Source: Nitrososphaeraceae archaeon (lineage in GTDB: Archaea; Thermoproteota; Nitrososphaeria; Nitrososphaerales; Nitrososphaeraceae). Taken from it: a stretch of DNA of 64,000 bases. Made by a program: the position numbers and the translations under genes. The stretch spans positions 44,144 through 108,143 of the forward strand of contig DATFEP010000067.1 in NCBI GenBank assembly GCA_035250975.1. The letters are read 5' to 3'. The notes under the pieces are model-generated. The model had not been told where the DNA came from. It was given only the letters and a program-made list of their open reading frames with translations, and searched no databases. Shown here one piece after another: positions 49,066 to 59,522 of the stretch. Numbering within the stretch: position 1 is the first letter of the stretch; each line of letters opens with the position of its first letter.

Positions 49066-50115
49066 TTATTTATTGTTAAGCACACTTGCCATTTTTTTTG
49101 CGTGATAAGTTATTATTATATCTGCACCTGCTCTCTTTATTGAGGTAAGAAACTCGGTCATCACATCAATTTCATTTATCCATCCTTGTTCAGAGGCTGC
49201 TTTAATTAAAGCATATTCACCGGAAACACTGAAGGCACAAAGTGGAAGTTTAAAGGATTTCCTTGCTTGATATATAAGGTCTAGATACGGAATCGCAGGC
49301 TTAACCATGATCATATCTGCACCTTCATTTATGTCCATTTCAATCTCCCTTATTGCTTCCTTTGGATTTGTGAACGGCATTTGATAGGTCTTTCTATCTC
49401 CAAATTCGGGATATGAATCTGCCAAGTCACGGAATGGGGTATATAAAGGAGATGCAAGTTTTGCAGAATAAGCAAGAATTGAAGTGTCAAAATATCCTTT
49501 TTCATCTAGTTCATGTCTGATGGCAGATACTTGTCCATCCATCATTGAAGAAGGTGCCACAATATCTGTGCCTGCTGCTGCGTGACTCTCAGCAATTTTT
49601 GAGAGAGCAACGTTAGTTGGATCGTTATCAATTTTTTTGTTTTTTATTATACCACAATGTCCTTTTGGAGTATATTGGCACATGCATACGTCAGATATTA
49701 CGACTACTTTTTCACCAAAGTTACTGCGTATATTTTTGATTGTCTTTTGAATAATTCCTTTTTCACTAGATGCTGCGTTTGCCTTATCATCTTTATCAGA
49801 TTCAATTCCAAACAAGATTACGGAATTTATCCCCAACTTCAAAATTGAATCAACTTCATCAGTGATTTTAGATAAAGGCAATCGCTTAACATCTTGCATA
49901 GAAGATATATTTTTTGGTTCCTTTAATCCAGATTGTACAAAAACTGGACAAATAAAATCCTTAACAGAAAGTCTTGTTTCCTGCAACAGTTCTCGTATGG
50001 CTTTGTTTTTTCTCAACCTCCTCAGGCGTACAAAAGGATATCCAGATCCTCCTAATAGCCCATAATTTGAATTAATTTGTGCTCTCATTATCGTAATTAA
50101 ATAATTTAGCAGCAA
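49066..50115 (-). CDS. hemB: Porphobilinogen synthase (canonical copy)
   Basis: RLRRLR, DVCMCQY..GHCG, YSAK, PFRD, DRKTYQM, MVKPA. Confidence 0.96.
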   Translation of the reverse strand: MLLNYLITIMRAQINSNYGLLGGSGYPFVRLRRLRKNKAIRELLQETRLSVKDFICPVFVQSGLKEPKNISSMQDVKRLPLSKITDEVDSILKLGINSVILFGIESDKDDKANAASSEKGIIQKTIKNIRSNFGEKVVVISDVCMCQYTPKGHCGIIKNKKIDNDPTNVALSKIAESHAAAGTDIVAPSSMMDGQVSAIRHELDEKGYFDTSILAYSAKLASPLYTPFRDLADSYPEFGDRKTYQMPFTNPKEAIREIEMDINEGADMIMVKPAIPYLDLIYQARKSFKLPLCAFSVSGEYALIKAASEQGWINEIDVMTEFLTSIKRAGADIIITYHAKKMASVLNNK

Positions 50116-51385
50116 TTTTCATAATTTCCTGTTCATCACTTGTATCGCTTTGGATATATCTACGTAGATTATTCATAGGAGTAGAAATAATTCCTTCCAA
50201 TAAAGCATGAGAAAATTGTTCAATTATCTTCATTTCTTGAGGACTCATATTCTTTCCTAGAATTGATAAGGCCTTTTTCAACTCTCTTTCCCGGATCTTA
50301 TCTACATTGCGAAAAACAGATATTACAACTGGATCAGCTTTCTTTCTCTTCAACAATATATCAATATTCTTCATTTCACCCTCAATAATATCCTCAGCTG
50401 ATTCAATTTCCTTCCGTCTAAACTGAATATTTCTCTTCACTATATCTCCAATTTCATCCATATTAAATAAATTAATATTTTCGATAGATGAACAAGTTTC
50501 CTCAACAGTTCTTGGATTTGATAGATCAAAAATTAAGAGTGATTTTGATCTAGAACTTGCTGCTCTCTTGATTCTATCATAAGTTAACAAATAATAAGGA
50601 GCTACGGTGCTGACAAAGATAATATCCATTTCTCCTAATGATTCAAGAGCTTTTTCAAAAAATATCGGACTTCCTCCCATTGATTGCGCGAAAGACTTTG
50701 CTCTTTCAAAAGTTCTACTGGTATTCATAAAAAAGATATTTCGCTTTTTAAGGGTCTTTGCAACCAGACCTGCCCCTTCACCCGAACCGATTAACAAAAT
50801 GTTTTTGTTGTCTAACGTTCCAAGTTTTTCTTCTGCGAGATTAACTGCCATAGATCCAACAGAAACACTACCTTTATTGATCCCAGTAAGATATCTTACC
50901 TTACTGCCAACTCTTATTGATTTTTCAAAAACAAGAGATAGAACATCTTTTGTAAAGTTATTTGATCTAGAAAATTCATACGATTTTTTGACCTGACCTA
51001 GAATCTGATCTTCTCCTAAAACTAATGAATCTAATCCTGATACTAACTTAAATAGATGTCTGACCACATCTTCTCCATTTTCCACAACTATCATTTCAGA
51101 AAACGTTTCTACTGATAATCCACAATGCTGTGCCCAGAATTTTATAATGTTTTCTGTGTCTATGGTATTATTACATATTCCAAAGATTTCCACCCTATTA
51201 CAAGTCTGTAATATTAGACATTCTCTTAGATTGAAATTTTCTAGTAAAAATGTATGGGCACCTTCGATGTCTTTAAAAGAAAATTTTTCGAGTAAATGAA
51301 TAGGTGCTTTTTTATAGGTAACGCGAAAATTTATTATTTCAATGAATTCACTTACTAACGTCATTATTTTCCAGACACGCCCCAC
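50072..51385 (-). CDS. hemA: Glutamyl-tRNA reductase
   Basis: TCNRVE, GLDSLVLGEDQILGQVK, DLSNPR. Confidence 0.96.
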   Translation of the reverse strand: MGRVWKIMTLVSEFIEIINFRVTYKKAPIHLLEKFSFKDIEGAHTFLLENFNLRECLILQTCNRVEIFGICNNTIDTENIIKFWAQHCGLSVETFSEMIVVENGEDVVRHLFKLVSGLDSLVLGEDQILGQVKKSYEFSRSNNFTKDVLSLVFEKSIRVGSKVRYLTGINKGSVSVGSMAVNLAEEKLGTLDNKNILLIGSGEGAGLVAKTLKKRNIFFMNTSRTFERAKSFAQSMGGSPIFFEKALESLGEMDIIFVSTVAPYYLLTYDRIKRAASSRSKSLLIFDLSNPRTVEETCSSIENINLFNMDEIGDIVKRNIQFRRKEIESAEDIIEGEMKNIDILLKRKKADPVVISVFRNVDKIRERELKKALSILGKNMSPQEMKIIEQFSHALLEGIISTPMNNLRRYIQSDTSDEQEIMKIAAKLFNYDNESTN

Positions 51386-52032
51386 TTGTTCAACAATTTG
51401 AGAGTAAGAGTTTTGGCTTCTTCCATCCTACTGTCTTTAATTAATGTTTGAATATTCTCATCTCTAATTAAAGAATACAAGAATTTCTTTCTTTCCGATA
51501 CAGTGTTGATAATAGGCCTTGCTTGTATTCTTGCGAATTCCTGTAATTTTGTATTGTCAATATCTGCCTTCGTAATTATTCTTCTTAAAATACGTTCTGC
51601 TTTTATTCTTAATCTCCTGGCCATAATAGGACTTTTACCGTAGGTTGAAATTGCCACTTGCATAATGCCTTCAATATTTATTACTGAAGCATAGGAAAAG
51701 TCGCTAACATCGGGATCATCAGCAGCGTATACAAAAGATCTAGACAATCTACCTTTCTCAACGATTTTTCTGTTCAGGTCCCTATCATCGGTTGCAGCCA
51801 AAACAAGAAAAACGTCTTTGAAATTATCTAAAACATTGGTGTCGGTAATCTTTTGTTTTATTAAATTAATCTTTCCTTCGTCGGATAAAGTACGAAGATT
51901 ATAGTTAACCCTATCACTTACGACTGTGATTTTGCAATTTTGACCTAATAGGCCTCTTACTTTTCTATAGCCTTCTACCCCTCCCCCAATAACTAGGACA
52001 TTTTTTCCATTGAGGTTCAGGTCAACTATCAA
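51364..52032 (-). CDS. Precorrin-2 dehydrogenase/sirohydrochlorin ferrochelatase (SirC/CysG N-terminal type)
   Basis: VLVIGGG, AATDD..LN, VAIST.GKSP. Confidence 0.9.
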   Translation of the reverse strand: MIVDLNLNGKNVLVIGGGVEGYRKVRGLLGQNCKITVVSDRVNYNLRTLSDEGKINLIKQKITDTNVLDNFKDVFLVLAATDDRDLNRKIVEKGRLSRSFVYAADDPDVSDFSYASVINIEGIMQVAISTYGKSPIMARRLRIKAERILRRIITKADIDNTKLQEFARIQARPIINTVSERKKFLYSLIRDENIQTLIKDSRMEEAKTLTLKLLNKWGVSGK

Positions 52033-52174
52033 CTACCACACCGTGTTGAAGAAACAATATCCATTACATTATTTAAATTATTTCAAGAAAAAGAAAAGAA
52101 AAAACTATTAATAATTTTGAATCCTAAACAATATTTATTTGATTATAAAATAATATAGTAAAAAATGATCCTAA

Positions 52175-53155
52175 TTGATAAATAAAAACTCCGCAAATAA
52201 AAAATTAGAACTTGAGGATATTGAAGAAATAGGTCCTGCAACAAAAATGCATTTAATTAACGCAGGAATCGAATCCGTAAGAGACTTGGTTGTCAGAGGA
52301 CCGCAGAATATTTCTGAGGTAACAGGAATAAGTATCGAAAAGGCAGTAGATTTGTGTAATAAAGCAAGAATGAAGTTAGAGGAGTTTGAGATTATAGATA
52401 AATCATTTACAACTGCTACGGAGTTATATAAAAAAAGACTAAATATTGAACGAATATCCACAGGATCGAAAAATCTCGATGAGTTACTAGGCGGGGGAAT
52501 TGAAACTGGAGCTATCACAGAAATATATGGTGAATTTGGTTCTGGAAAAACACAAATTTGTCACACCACAGCAGTTCTGGTACAACAAAAAAAAGAAAAA
52601 GGGGGTTTAGAAGGTGGAATCATATACGTAGACACAGAGAATACCTTCAGGCCTGAAAGGATAGTTTCTATATCAAAATCAAGGAATATCGATTATTCGC
52701 CTGTCTTAGAAAATATTATTGTTGCAAAAGCTTTTAACAGTTCTCATCAGGAGCTTATTATTCAAGAAATTGGAAAAATAATAGAAAACAACAACATCAA
52801 GTTAGTAATAATTGATTCTGCTATTTCCCATTTTAGAGCAGAATTTTTAGGAAGAGGTACACTTTCTGAAAGACAGCAAAAATTAAATAAATTAATGCAT
52901 CTCCTTATAAGGATTGCTGAAACGTATAACATTGCAATAATAATCACTAATCAAATTCAATCTGCTCCAGATATGATATTCGGGGATCCATATAGACCGA
53001 CCGGAGGGAATGTCATGGCACATTCCAGTACTTATAGAATATATTTAAAAAAAGCAGGAAAGAATAGGATAGCAAGGATTGTAGACAGTCCATATCATCC
53101 AGAAATTGAAGCTCTCTTTTCCCTAAGTGACGAGGGTATTTCTGACCCAGTTTAA
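52175..53155 (+). CDS. radA: DNA recombinase RadA
   Basis: HhH N-domain, GEFGSGKTQ, DTE.TFRPER, FRAEF.GRGTL.ERQQ. Confidence 0.96.
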   Translation: MINKNSANKKLELEDIEEIGPATKMHLINAGIESVRDLVVRGPQNISEVTGISIEKAVDLCNKARMKLEEFEIIDKSFTTATELYKKRLNIERISTGSKNLDELLGGGIETGAITEIYGEFGSGKTQICHTTAVLVQQKKEKGGLEGGIIYVDTENTFRPERIVSISKSRNIDYSPVLENIIVAKAFNSSHQELIIQEIGKIIENNNIKLVIIDSAISHFRAEFLGRGTLSERQQKLNKLMHLLIRIAETYNIAIIITNQIQSAPDMIFGDPYRPTGGNVMAHSSTYRIYLKKAGKNRIARIVDSPYHPEIEALFSLSDEGISDPV

Positions 53156-53200
53156 AATTTATCAGTTAATGTTAAATTAAGGAAATAATCTAGGAGTAAT

Positions 53201-53485
53201 ATGCCACGTTCACATGGAAGTAGAAGAAAATCGAGATCGGTATTAACAAAAAGTAGTGTACTTAGGGGTATTACTTATTTATTAATAAATTATAAAATTG
53301 GCGACAAGGTCATGATAAATATTGATCCTAGTGAACACAACACTATGCCACATAGAAGATATCAGGGAAAAATAGGAACTGTCTTAGAAGTTGGAAAAAG
53401 AATAGTAAGAATCGCTATACAAATTGGAAACAAAGAAAAGATTCTTCAAACTAAAAGAAATCACATAAAATTAATAACAAATTAG
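53201..53485 (+). CDS. rpl21e: Ribosomal protein eL21
   Basis: SHG.RRK.R, GDKV.I.IDPS.H..MPHRRYQGK. Confidence 0.95.
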   Translation: MPRSHGSRRKSRSVLTKSSVLRGITYLLINYKIGDKVMINIDPSEHNTMPHRRYQGKIGTVLEVGKRIVRIAIQIGNKEKILQTKRNHIKLITN

Positions 53486-53498
53486 GTTTGATGTTTTT

Positions 53499-53834
53499 TT
53501 GGAAATACTAAAAAAAGAAGTAGTTTCTCTAGGGCAAGTAAAGGAGATTCTTGACAAGACAGAATCAGAGAACATGGATCAGATTCAGAGATGGACTCTT
53601 GATTATGTAACCAAATTCTCAAAAACCTCACCAGAAGAGTCAAGAAAAATTGTTGAGGAATTAGTTCATCAGTGCGATCTAAAAGAAGAGGAAGCTGTGG
53701 AGATCACCAATTCTATGCCAAGTTCAATTGAAGAGCTAAGGGCCTTTACATTCGGGTGGAAAAAACTTATCTTAACAGATACTCTTACTCGAATATTAGA
53801 AATTATAACCAAGGCAAGAAATAAAGATAGTTAG
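53499..53834 (+). CDS. rpo4: RNA polymerase subunit Rpo4 (F)
   Basis: Q...LDY..KF, P....ELR; conserved order rpl21e-rpo4-DUF655-ksgA. Confidence 0.88.
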   Translation: MEILKKEVVSLGQVKEILDKTESENMDQIQRWTLDYVTKFSKTSPEESRKIVEELVHQCDLKEEEAVEITNSMPSSIEELRAFTFGWKKLILTDTLTRILEIITKARNKDS

Positions 53835-53852
53835 AATTAAGGATGATCAATA

Positions 53853-54467
53853 GTGTCACAGCCAAACTATAATCCGACAACTAGATCTAGCGAGTTTGGT
53901 GGCAGTGGCGGAATTTATCTACATCGTAAATATGAAGAATTTGCACACATATTGGATTTTTCAATAACAGGTAAGGCATCTACAGTAAAAAAAAGAGAAG
54001 GAATAATAATACAAGCAATAGGGGAGGAGAGATTAACATTATTAGAACTATTAGGAGATCCTAAAAAGAACTTTGACATAGGAGAACGTGTTTATATAGG
54101 CAGAGAGGGCAGAGAAAAAATTATTAGCGTACTCGGACGTCTTAATTTTAATGATCTATCCCAATCATCTAAAAATGAAATACCAAATGTGATTGAGACA
54201 ATAGTAAATATTAACCAGAAAAGATTTGTTGATTATATTAACCATGCACAACCTCTAACACCCAGAATTCATGCCTTGGAATTGATCCCAGGGATTGGAA
54301 AAACGTATATGAAAAGTATAATCACTGAAAGAGAAAGAAGAAAATTTGACGACTTTAATGATCTTCAGGCAAGAACCGGAATAAAGGAACTTCAAAAACT
54401 TATTGCAAAAAGAATAGTAGAAGAAATTTCTGGAGATACAAGGATGAACATCTTTGTAAGAAAATGA
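53853..54467 (+). CDS. DUF655 family RNA-binding protein
   Basis: QAIGE..LTLLE, RVYIG, RIHALELIPGIGK. Confidence 0.9.
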   Translation: MSQPNYNPTTRSSEFGGSGGIYLHRKYEEFAHILDFSITGKASTVKKREGIIIQAIGEERLTLLELLGDPKKNFDIGERVYIGREGREKIISVLGRLNFNDLSQSSKNEIPNVIETIVNINQKRFVDYINHAQPLTPRIHALELIPGIGKTYMKSIITERERRKFDDFNDLQARTGIKELQKLIAKRIVEEISGDTRMNIFVRK

Positions 54468-55189
54468 ATTCGAATAGGCAACTTGGTCAAAATTATTTAA
54501 TTAGTAAAAAAATAGTAACAAAGATAATAGAACACTCAGAGATTAGACCTGATGAATTCGTATGTGAAATGGGTTCGGGTAAAGGTGCAATCACATTTGA
54601 CCTTTGTAAAACAGCAAAATCTGTAAAGTCATTTGAAATAGACAAGAAATTGTATGAACAATTATTCATGAAAAGTATAAAATATAAAAACCTACAATTA
54701 ATTAATAAAGACATTTTAAAATATGAAAAACCGTTGGCTTTTGATGTCTTTGTTTCTAATATTCCGTACTCAAGAAGTAGAGAGACAATATCGTGGTTAG
54801 CAACTAAAAAATTTAATAGAGCTTTAATAATGGTTCAAAAAGAATTTGCTGATAAGTTAAGAGCATCAAAAACAGAAACAAATTATAGGGCAATATCAGC
54901 CATATCCCAATATTGTTTTGACATTCATACATTATTCGATGTTGGAAAAGATGCCTTCTTTCCTAGACCAAAAGTGGAATCTGAAGCAATCAAGTTAACT
55001 CCAAAAAATTTATTGGTTACTATGAATTTAATATCCATTATACATTATATTTTTTCCTTTAAGAATAAAAAAGTAGAAAAAATTTCAAAAAAAAATCAAA
55101 TCCACTTAGAGATGAAAAACACAAGGATAAGGGAACTTAATCCTGTAGAGATATTTGAATTAGCTAAAAAATTGGCCACCTTCAAGTGA
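54464..55189 (+). CDS. ksgA: 16S rRNA dimethyladenosine transferase KsgA/Dim1
   Basis: LGQNYL, EMGSGKG, SNIPY, MVQKEFA, F.PRPKV.S. Confidence 0.9.
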   Translation: MNSNRQLGQNYLISKKIVTKIIEHSEIRPDEFVCEMGSGKGAITFDLCKTAKSVKSFEIDKKLYEQLFMKSIKYKNLQLINKDILKYEKPLAFDVFVSNIPYSRSRETISWLATKKFNRALIMVQKEFADKLRASKTETNYRAISAISQYCFDIHTLFDVGKDAFFPRPKVESEAIKLTPKNLLVTMNLISIIHYIFSFKNKKVEKISKKNQIHLEMKNTRIRELNPVEIFELAKKLATFK

Positions 55190-55198
55190 GATATTAAA

Positions 55199-55732
55199 TT
55201 GTATTTACCTAGTGATGATACTTTATTATTAATTGATTCAATAAATGGATATTCAGGTTTTTCAGCTTTAGAAATAGGCGTGGGTGCTGGAGACGTTTGT
55301 ACAATACTTAAGAACAATTTTGATTTTGTGGTAGGTGTTGACATAGATATTGAAGCTATAAGATATTGCAAAAATAATATCAAGTCACAAATAACATGGA
55401 TATGTTGCGATGTCGTTTCCTGCATTACAGGAAAATTTGATCTTATTGTTAGCAACCCACCCTACTTACCTAGTGAGAAAACATGTGACGTAAAAGATAA
55501 TACAATTTACGGTGGAAAAAATGGAGTAGAGATGACTATCAAGTTTATACAGGATTCATTATCATTATTAAAACGTGATGGAAAGTTAATGATTGTTGTT
55601 TCTTCAATTGGGGCCACAAACAAACTAGATAAATTCATCATGGATAATAAGTTAGAAAAAAAGATAATAAATGAAAAGAAATTATTCTTCGAATTTTTAT
55701 TCGTCTACGAAATTCTGAAAAAATGTGACTGA
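55199..55732 (+). CDS. HemK/PrmC-like SAM methyltransferase
   Basis: Y.PSDDT.LL, LEIGVGAG, SNPPYLP, GG..G. Confidence 0.88.
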   Translation: MYLPSDDTLLLIDSINGYSGFSALEIGVGAGDVCTILKNNFDFVVGVDIDIEAIRYCKNNIKSQITWICCDVVSCITGKFDLIVSNPPYLPSEKTCDVKDNTIYGGKNGVEMTIKFIQDSLSLLKRDGKLMIVVSSIGATNKLDKFIMDNKLEKKIINEKKLFFEFLFVYEILKKCD

Positions 55733-55746
55733 ATATTGTAAAATAA

Positions 55747-56781
55747 TCATTTTTTAAGTAATTTCGATGCGCGAGATGAGATCTGCTCCGTCATTTTTGA
55801 AAGTGTAGCATTTCCACCCAAATCATAGGTTACATATTTGTTTTCATTAATTACTTCTTCAGCAGCTCGAAATATTGCTCTTGATATTTCTTTTTCTCCA
55901 AGAAATTCAACCATCCAAGCACCAGAGCAGATAGTTGCTACTGGGTTTACCTTATTTTGACCAGCATATTTTGGTGCACTGCCATGAGCAGGCTCAAACA
56001 TTGCAAATTTATCACCGTAATTACCAGAGTAAACGTTGCCTATCGACCCCAGATGTCCAGAAGCACATTCAGAAATAATATCCATAAATAAATTCGTACT
56101 TAGCAAGATACTTTCATTGAACCGTTCTGGATTCTTTACCAACTGTTGAGTCACATTATCTATATAATACTCTTCTATATCGATATCTGCAAATTCCTTG
56201 TTAATTTTTTCGACAGCTGACATGAAGATTCCATCAGTTTCTTTCAGAATATTACGTTTAGTAACAACAAAAATCTTTTTAAATCGACGATCTTTAGTTA
56301 CCTCAAAAGCTTTTTTTACTACTCGTTCACATCCTTTTCTTGTAATTTTTCGTATAGCTATGGCAGAATCATCACTTGTTTTGAACTCTATTCCAGAATA
56401 AAGACCCTCAGTAGATTCTCTAACACAAACAAAATTGAGGTTTAACTTTGATGTTTTGTATGTTTTAATTGGTCTAATATTTGCATATAATTCAAATTTT
56501 TGTCGGATACTGACAGCAACGCTTCGAGGAGCCGATGGGTCAGGAATTGTGGTGGTCGGACCTTTGAAGCACGCATCGCTTTCGGAGAGCATTTTCCAAA
56601 CTTCATCCGATATATAGGAATTTGTTCTGTTTTTTTCCCAATATTCTGAACCTGCTTCGACGGGAATTAATTCAACTCTTGTATTACATTCCTTTAAGAC
56701 CTTCATCATAGCGCAGACCAATTCTGGTCCTGTACCATCTCCCCTAATCACTATAGCTTTTTTTTGTGTCAAAAGTATCAA
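55747..56781 (-). CDS. Isocitrate/isopropylmalate dehydrogenase family
   Basis: GDGTGPE, KGP.TT, RESTEGLY, NLFMDIISE, FEPAHGSAP. Confidence 0.92.
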   Translation of the reverse strand: MILLTQKKAIVIRGDGTGPELVCAMMKVLKECNTRVELIPVEAGSEYWEKNRTNSYISDEVWKMLSESDACFKGPTTTIPDPSAPRSVAVSIRQKFELYANIRPIKTYKTSKLNLNFVCVRESTEGLYSGIEFKTSDDSAIAIRKITRKGCERVVKKAFEVTKDRRFKKIFVVTKRNILKETDGIFMSAVEKINKEFADIDIEEYYIDNVTQQLVKNPERFNESILLSTNLFMDIISECASGHLGSIGNVYSGNYGDKFAMFEPAHGSAPKYAGQNKVNPVATICSGAWMVEFLGEKEISRAIFRAAEEVINENKYVTYDLGGNATLSKMTEQISSRASKLLKK

Positions 56782-56810
56782 AAATTCACTAAAGCTAATC
56801 TATTTATATT

Positions 56811-57374
56811 TTATTTGGATCTCAATTCCATTTTTACTACCATGTATTTTGTAAATGGTGGCATTAATGTAGAATTTGAAACCGTAGTAAATTCATTATT
56901 TTCAGAGTAATAAGAATATTCAATATTATATCTATCAAGATCAACAATTTCGTTGATAAAAGCGCCAGTATTATTATCAACAACATGAATAGTGTTATTA
57001 TCAGATGTATAAATTTTAAGGAAATCGTCCATTGTCATCCTAATCGGTCTAATATATTGTAGATGAACATTTTGACCAACCTCATCTGTGTGAATCAAGT
57101 GAATACATTCATTTCCGTCTTTGATTTCTTTCCCAACAGAATCTGGTAATAATTTCTGCTTATCATCAACAAAAATTTGAATTATTGGATATACATTAAA
57201 TGTATCTACATTATGAGCTTTTAAGCATATATCTAACACAGGGGGCGGTGGAGAAAGTTGCATTATAATAATTCCCCCAAAAGTAGCTATACCTATCAAT
57301 ATTGGGGGAAGCAAAAGTTGTTTTTTTCCAATCTTTTTTGATGGTTTTATCGGCTTAAACCGTCTTTTTGGCAT
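56811..57374 (-). CDS. Membrane-anchored hypothetical protein
   Basis: Basic N-terminus plus TM; P..VG....C..IHTD motif. Confidence 0.65.
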   Translation of the reverse strand: MPKRRFKPIKPSKKIGKKQLLLPPILIGIATFGGIIIMQLSPPPPVLDICLKAHNVDTFNVYPIIQIFVDDKQKLLPDSVGKEIKDGNECIHLIHTDEVGQNVHLQYIRPIRMTMDDFLKIYTSDNNTIHVVDNNTGAFINEIVDLDRYNIEYSYYSENNEFTTVSNSTLMPPFTKYMVVKMELRSK

Positions 57375-57522
57375 TATGTACTTTACTGTCTTGAAATTTG
57401 AATATTAGAGTCTTTCTAAATTATTTTTTCTACTATGGATTGCAATTTTATTCATAAAATTGATAATTTATTTTACAGATATTTTTGGTATTATTTAATA
57501 ATCTTGAAAAAGAAAAAATGAT

Positions 57523-58272
57523 ATGAGAATAGTTCAAATTTCAGATATTCATGTGGGGAGTTATTTCAGACAAGATGTATTTGACACATTAGTATATGAA
57601 ATAAATTCTATAATAAAACCTGATTGCATAATAATAACTGGAGACCTTACTGATGAAGGATTATTATTTCAATTCGAAAATGCTAAAAATCAAATCAGCA
57701 GATTAGACTGCCCCAATAAAATAATACTTGCAGGAAATCATGATTATAGACATACCGGATATTTAATATTTAAAAAATTTTTTCCATCCAAGAATCAAAT
57801 TTACGAGTTCGATGACGCTGCTATTATAACACTCGGGACTGCAAGACCTGATAGGGACGAAGGAGAAGTAGGATACAGACAAAATTCCTGGATGGAGAAG
57901 ACACTTGCAAAAATCAACAAGGTGAAGATCATTGCAATGCATCATCATTTAATAAGTATTCCAGATACTGGAACGGATAAAGTGATTGTGTATGATGCTG
58001 GGGATTCTCTTAGATCTTGTCTTCAATCGTCTGTTAATTTGGTTCTCTGTGGCCATAAGCATAGACCTTGGCTATGGAACTTGGGAAATTTAAAAATCGC
58101 CTATGCAGGAACAGCAAGTTCTTCCAGATTTAGAGGTTTCTTTGAAAATTCCTATAACATCGTAGAAATATGCGATAATAAAAAATTTAACTTGGATATC
58201 AAGATAGTTGGAGGAAAACGTTTCCCACTAATTGATTTGGTCGAGAAATACAAGCCATATCTAGATAGTTGA
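57523..58272 (+). CDS. Calcineurin-like metallophosphoesterase
   Basis: SDIH, TGDLT, GNHD, MHHH, GHKH. Confidence 0.92.
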   Translation: MRIVQISDIHVGSYFRQDVFDTLVYEINSIIKPDCIIITGDLTDEGLLFQFENAKNQISRLDCPNKIILAGNHDYRHTGYLIFKKFFPSKNQIYEFDDAAIITLGTARPDRDEGEVGYRQNSWMEKTLAKINKVKIIAMHHHLISIPDTGTDKVIVYDAGDSLRSCLQSSVNLVLCGHKHRPWLWNLGNLKIAYAGTASSSRFRGFFENSYNIVEICDNKKFNLDIKIVGGKRFPLIDLVEKYKPYLDS

Positions 58273-58345
58273 TTTTTACTTGATTAAAAATTCCTAATAC
58301 TTTATCATTTCAGTTAAAAATATAAAATCTAATCACATATTTTCA

Positions 58346-58783
58346 ATGAAAATTTTGCTATCGATCAATATCGATGGGGCATCCAGAGGAAATCCTGGTC
58401 CATCTGGGATTGGAATCTCGATGATTAAAAGAGATAAACTAATCTTAAGATATGGTGAATTTATAGGTATTCAGACAAATATTCAGTCAGAATATTTTGC
58501 CTTAAAAAGGGCCCTTGAAATAGCGATTGGAATCGATAATGATTTAATGATCTTTTCTGACTGTTTGTCAGTAGTTAAACAACGAAAAATAAAAAACAGA
58601 GTAAGAAAAAAAGGGTTAAGAACGCTTACTAGGCAAATAAGTAATCTTGAAAAAAATTTTAAGCATATATCTTATATGTTTATATCCAGAAGAAAAAATA
58701 TCAATGTTGATAGGATTGCAAACCAAGCAATAGACGATTATTTTAATACGAACAATATGTCCTTATATAGCAGGCAGCAGTGA
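58346..58783 (+). CDS. rnhA: Ribonuclease HI
   Basis: DGASRGNPG, TN..SEY.AL, FSD, R..N..VD.IAN. Confidence 0.88.
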   Translation: MKILLSINIDGASRGNPGPSGIGISMIKRDKLILRYGEFIGIQTNIQSEYFALKRALEIAIGIDNDLMIFSDCLSVVKQRKIKNRVRKKGLRTLTRQISNLEKNFKHISYMFISRRKNINVDRIANQAIDDYFNTNNMSLYSRQQ

Positions 58784-58839
58784 AGAATCAGAGTTAATCT
58801 TGAAAAAATAATGTAATAAAGGCATTTGACTGAGCTGCC
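58773..58839 (+). ncRNA. Box C/D dual guide sRNA (23S H69 and H70/71), overlapping the rnhA stop codon
   Basis: GGCAGC / C GTGAAGA (58780-86) / ATCAGAGTTAATC / D' TTGA / degenerate C' / AAAGGCATTTGA / D CTGA (58830-33) / GCTGCC, a perfect 6-bp stem. Confidence 0.82.
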
Positions 58840-58896
58840 AGTATATAAGATTTAATCTAAAAGTTTATGTAACGAGTTATTCGATTTTATTTAAAC

Positions 58897-59487
58897 TTGT
58901 TAGGAAAGAAAGATAAAAAGTATAGTTATATTAAGGATATCATTATTATTATAATAGGAGTAGCAATATTCTGGTTTGCAGTAAAGATTTTCTTAAATGT
59001 AGATAATCCCTTTTACGTAGTTTCTAGTGGGAGCATGATACCTGTTTTGAACGTAGGCGATATTTTAGTAGTCAGAGATGGAAATTCTTTCGAAAATTTG
59101 AAAGTCGGTGATATTATCGTATTTAATAGACCTGATGGTGCAGACAGGGTGATAGTTCATAGAATAATTGATATCACAGATAAATTCGGGGAAAAAATTA
59201 TAGTTACAAAAGGCGACGCGAATGACGGAATTATTCCCGGAACAGACTTTCCTATTAGAGAAAAAGATTATATAGGAAAAGTCGAAAAGGCAGAGTTGCC
59301 TTATGTGATTCCAAAGGTTGGAATCGTATTAAAATACATTAACCCGCCAGTGAATTACATAATAATAGCTGCAATAATTGGTGCATTGATTTATACAAAT
59401 CTAAGAAAGAAAAAACATGAAAATGAAAATATAGATAACAACGAGAATAGCATGAGCAGTAAAGATGAGAATACTGGAAATAGATGA
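58897..59487 (+). CDS. Signal peptidase I (Sec11 type)
   Basis: VVSSGSMIP....GD, IVHR, TKGDAN. Confidence 0.93.
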   Translation: MLGKKDKKYSYIKDIIIIIIGVAIFWFAVKIFLNVDNPFYVVSSGSMIPVLNVGDILVVRDGNSFENLKVGDIIVFNRPDGADRVIVHRIIDITDKFGEKIIVTKGDANDGIIPGTDFPIREKDYIGKVEKAELPYVIPKVGIVLKYINPPVNYIIIAAIIGALIYTNLRKKKHENENIDNNENSMSSKDENTGNR

Positions 59488-59522
59488 GATTCTCGAGTAA
59501 TGATAAGGATATGAATTACCTG

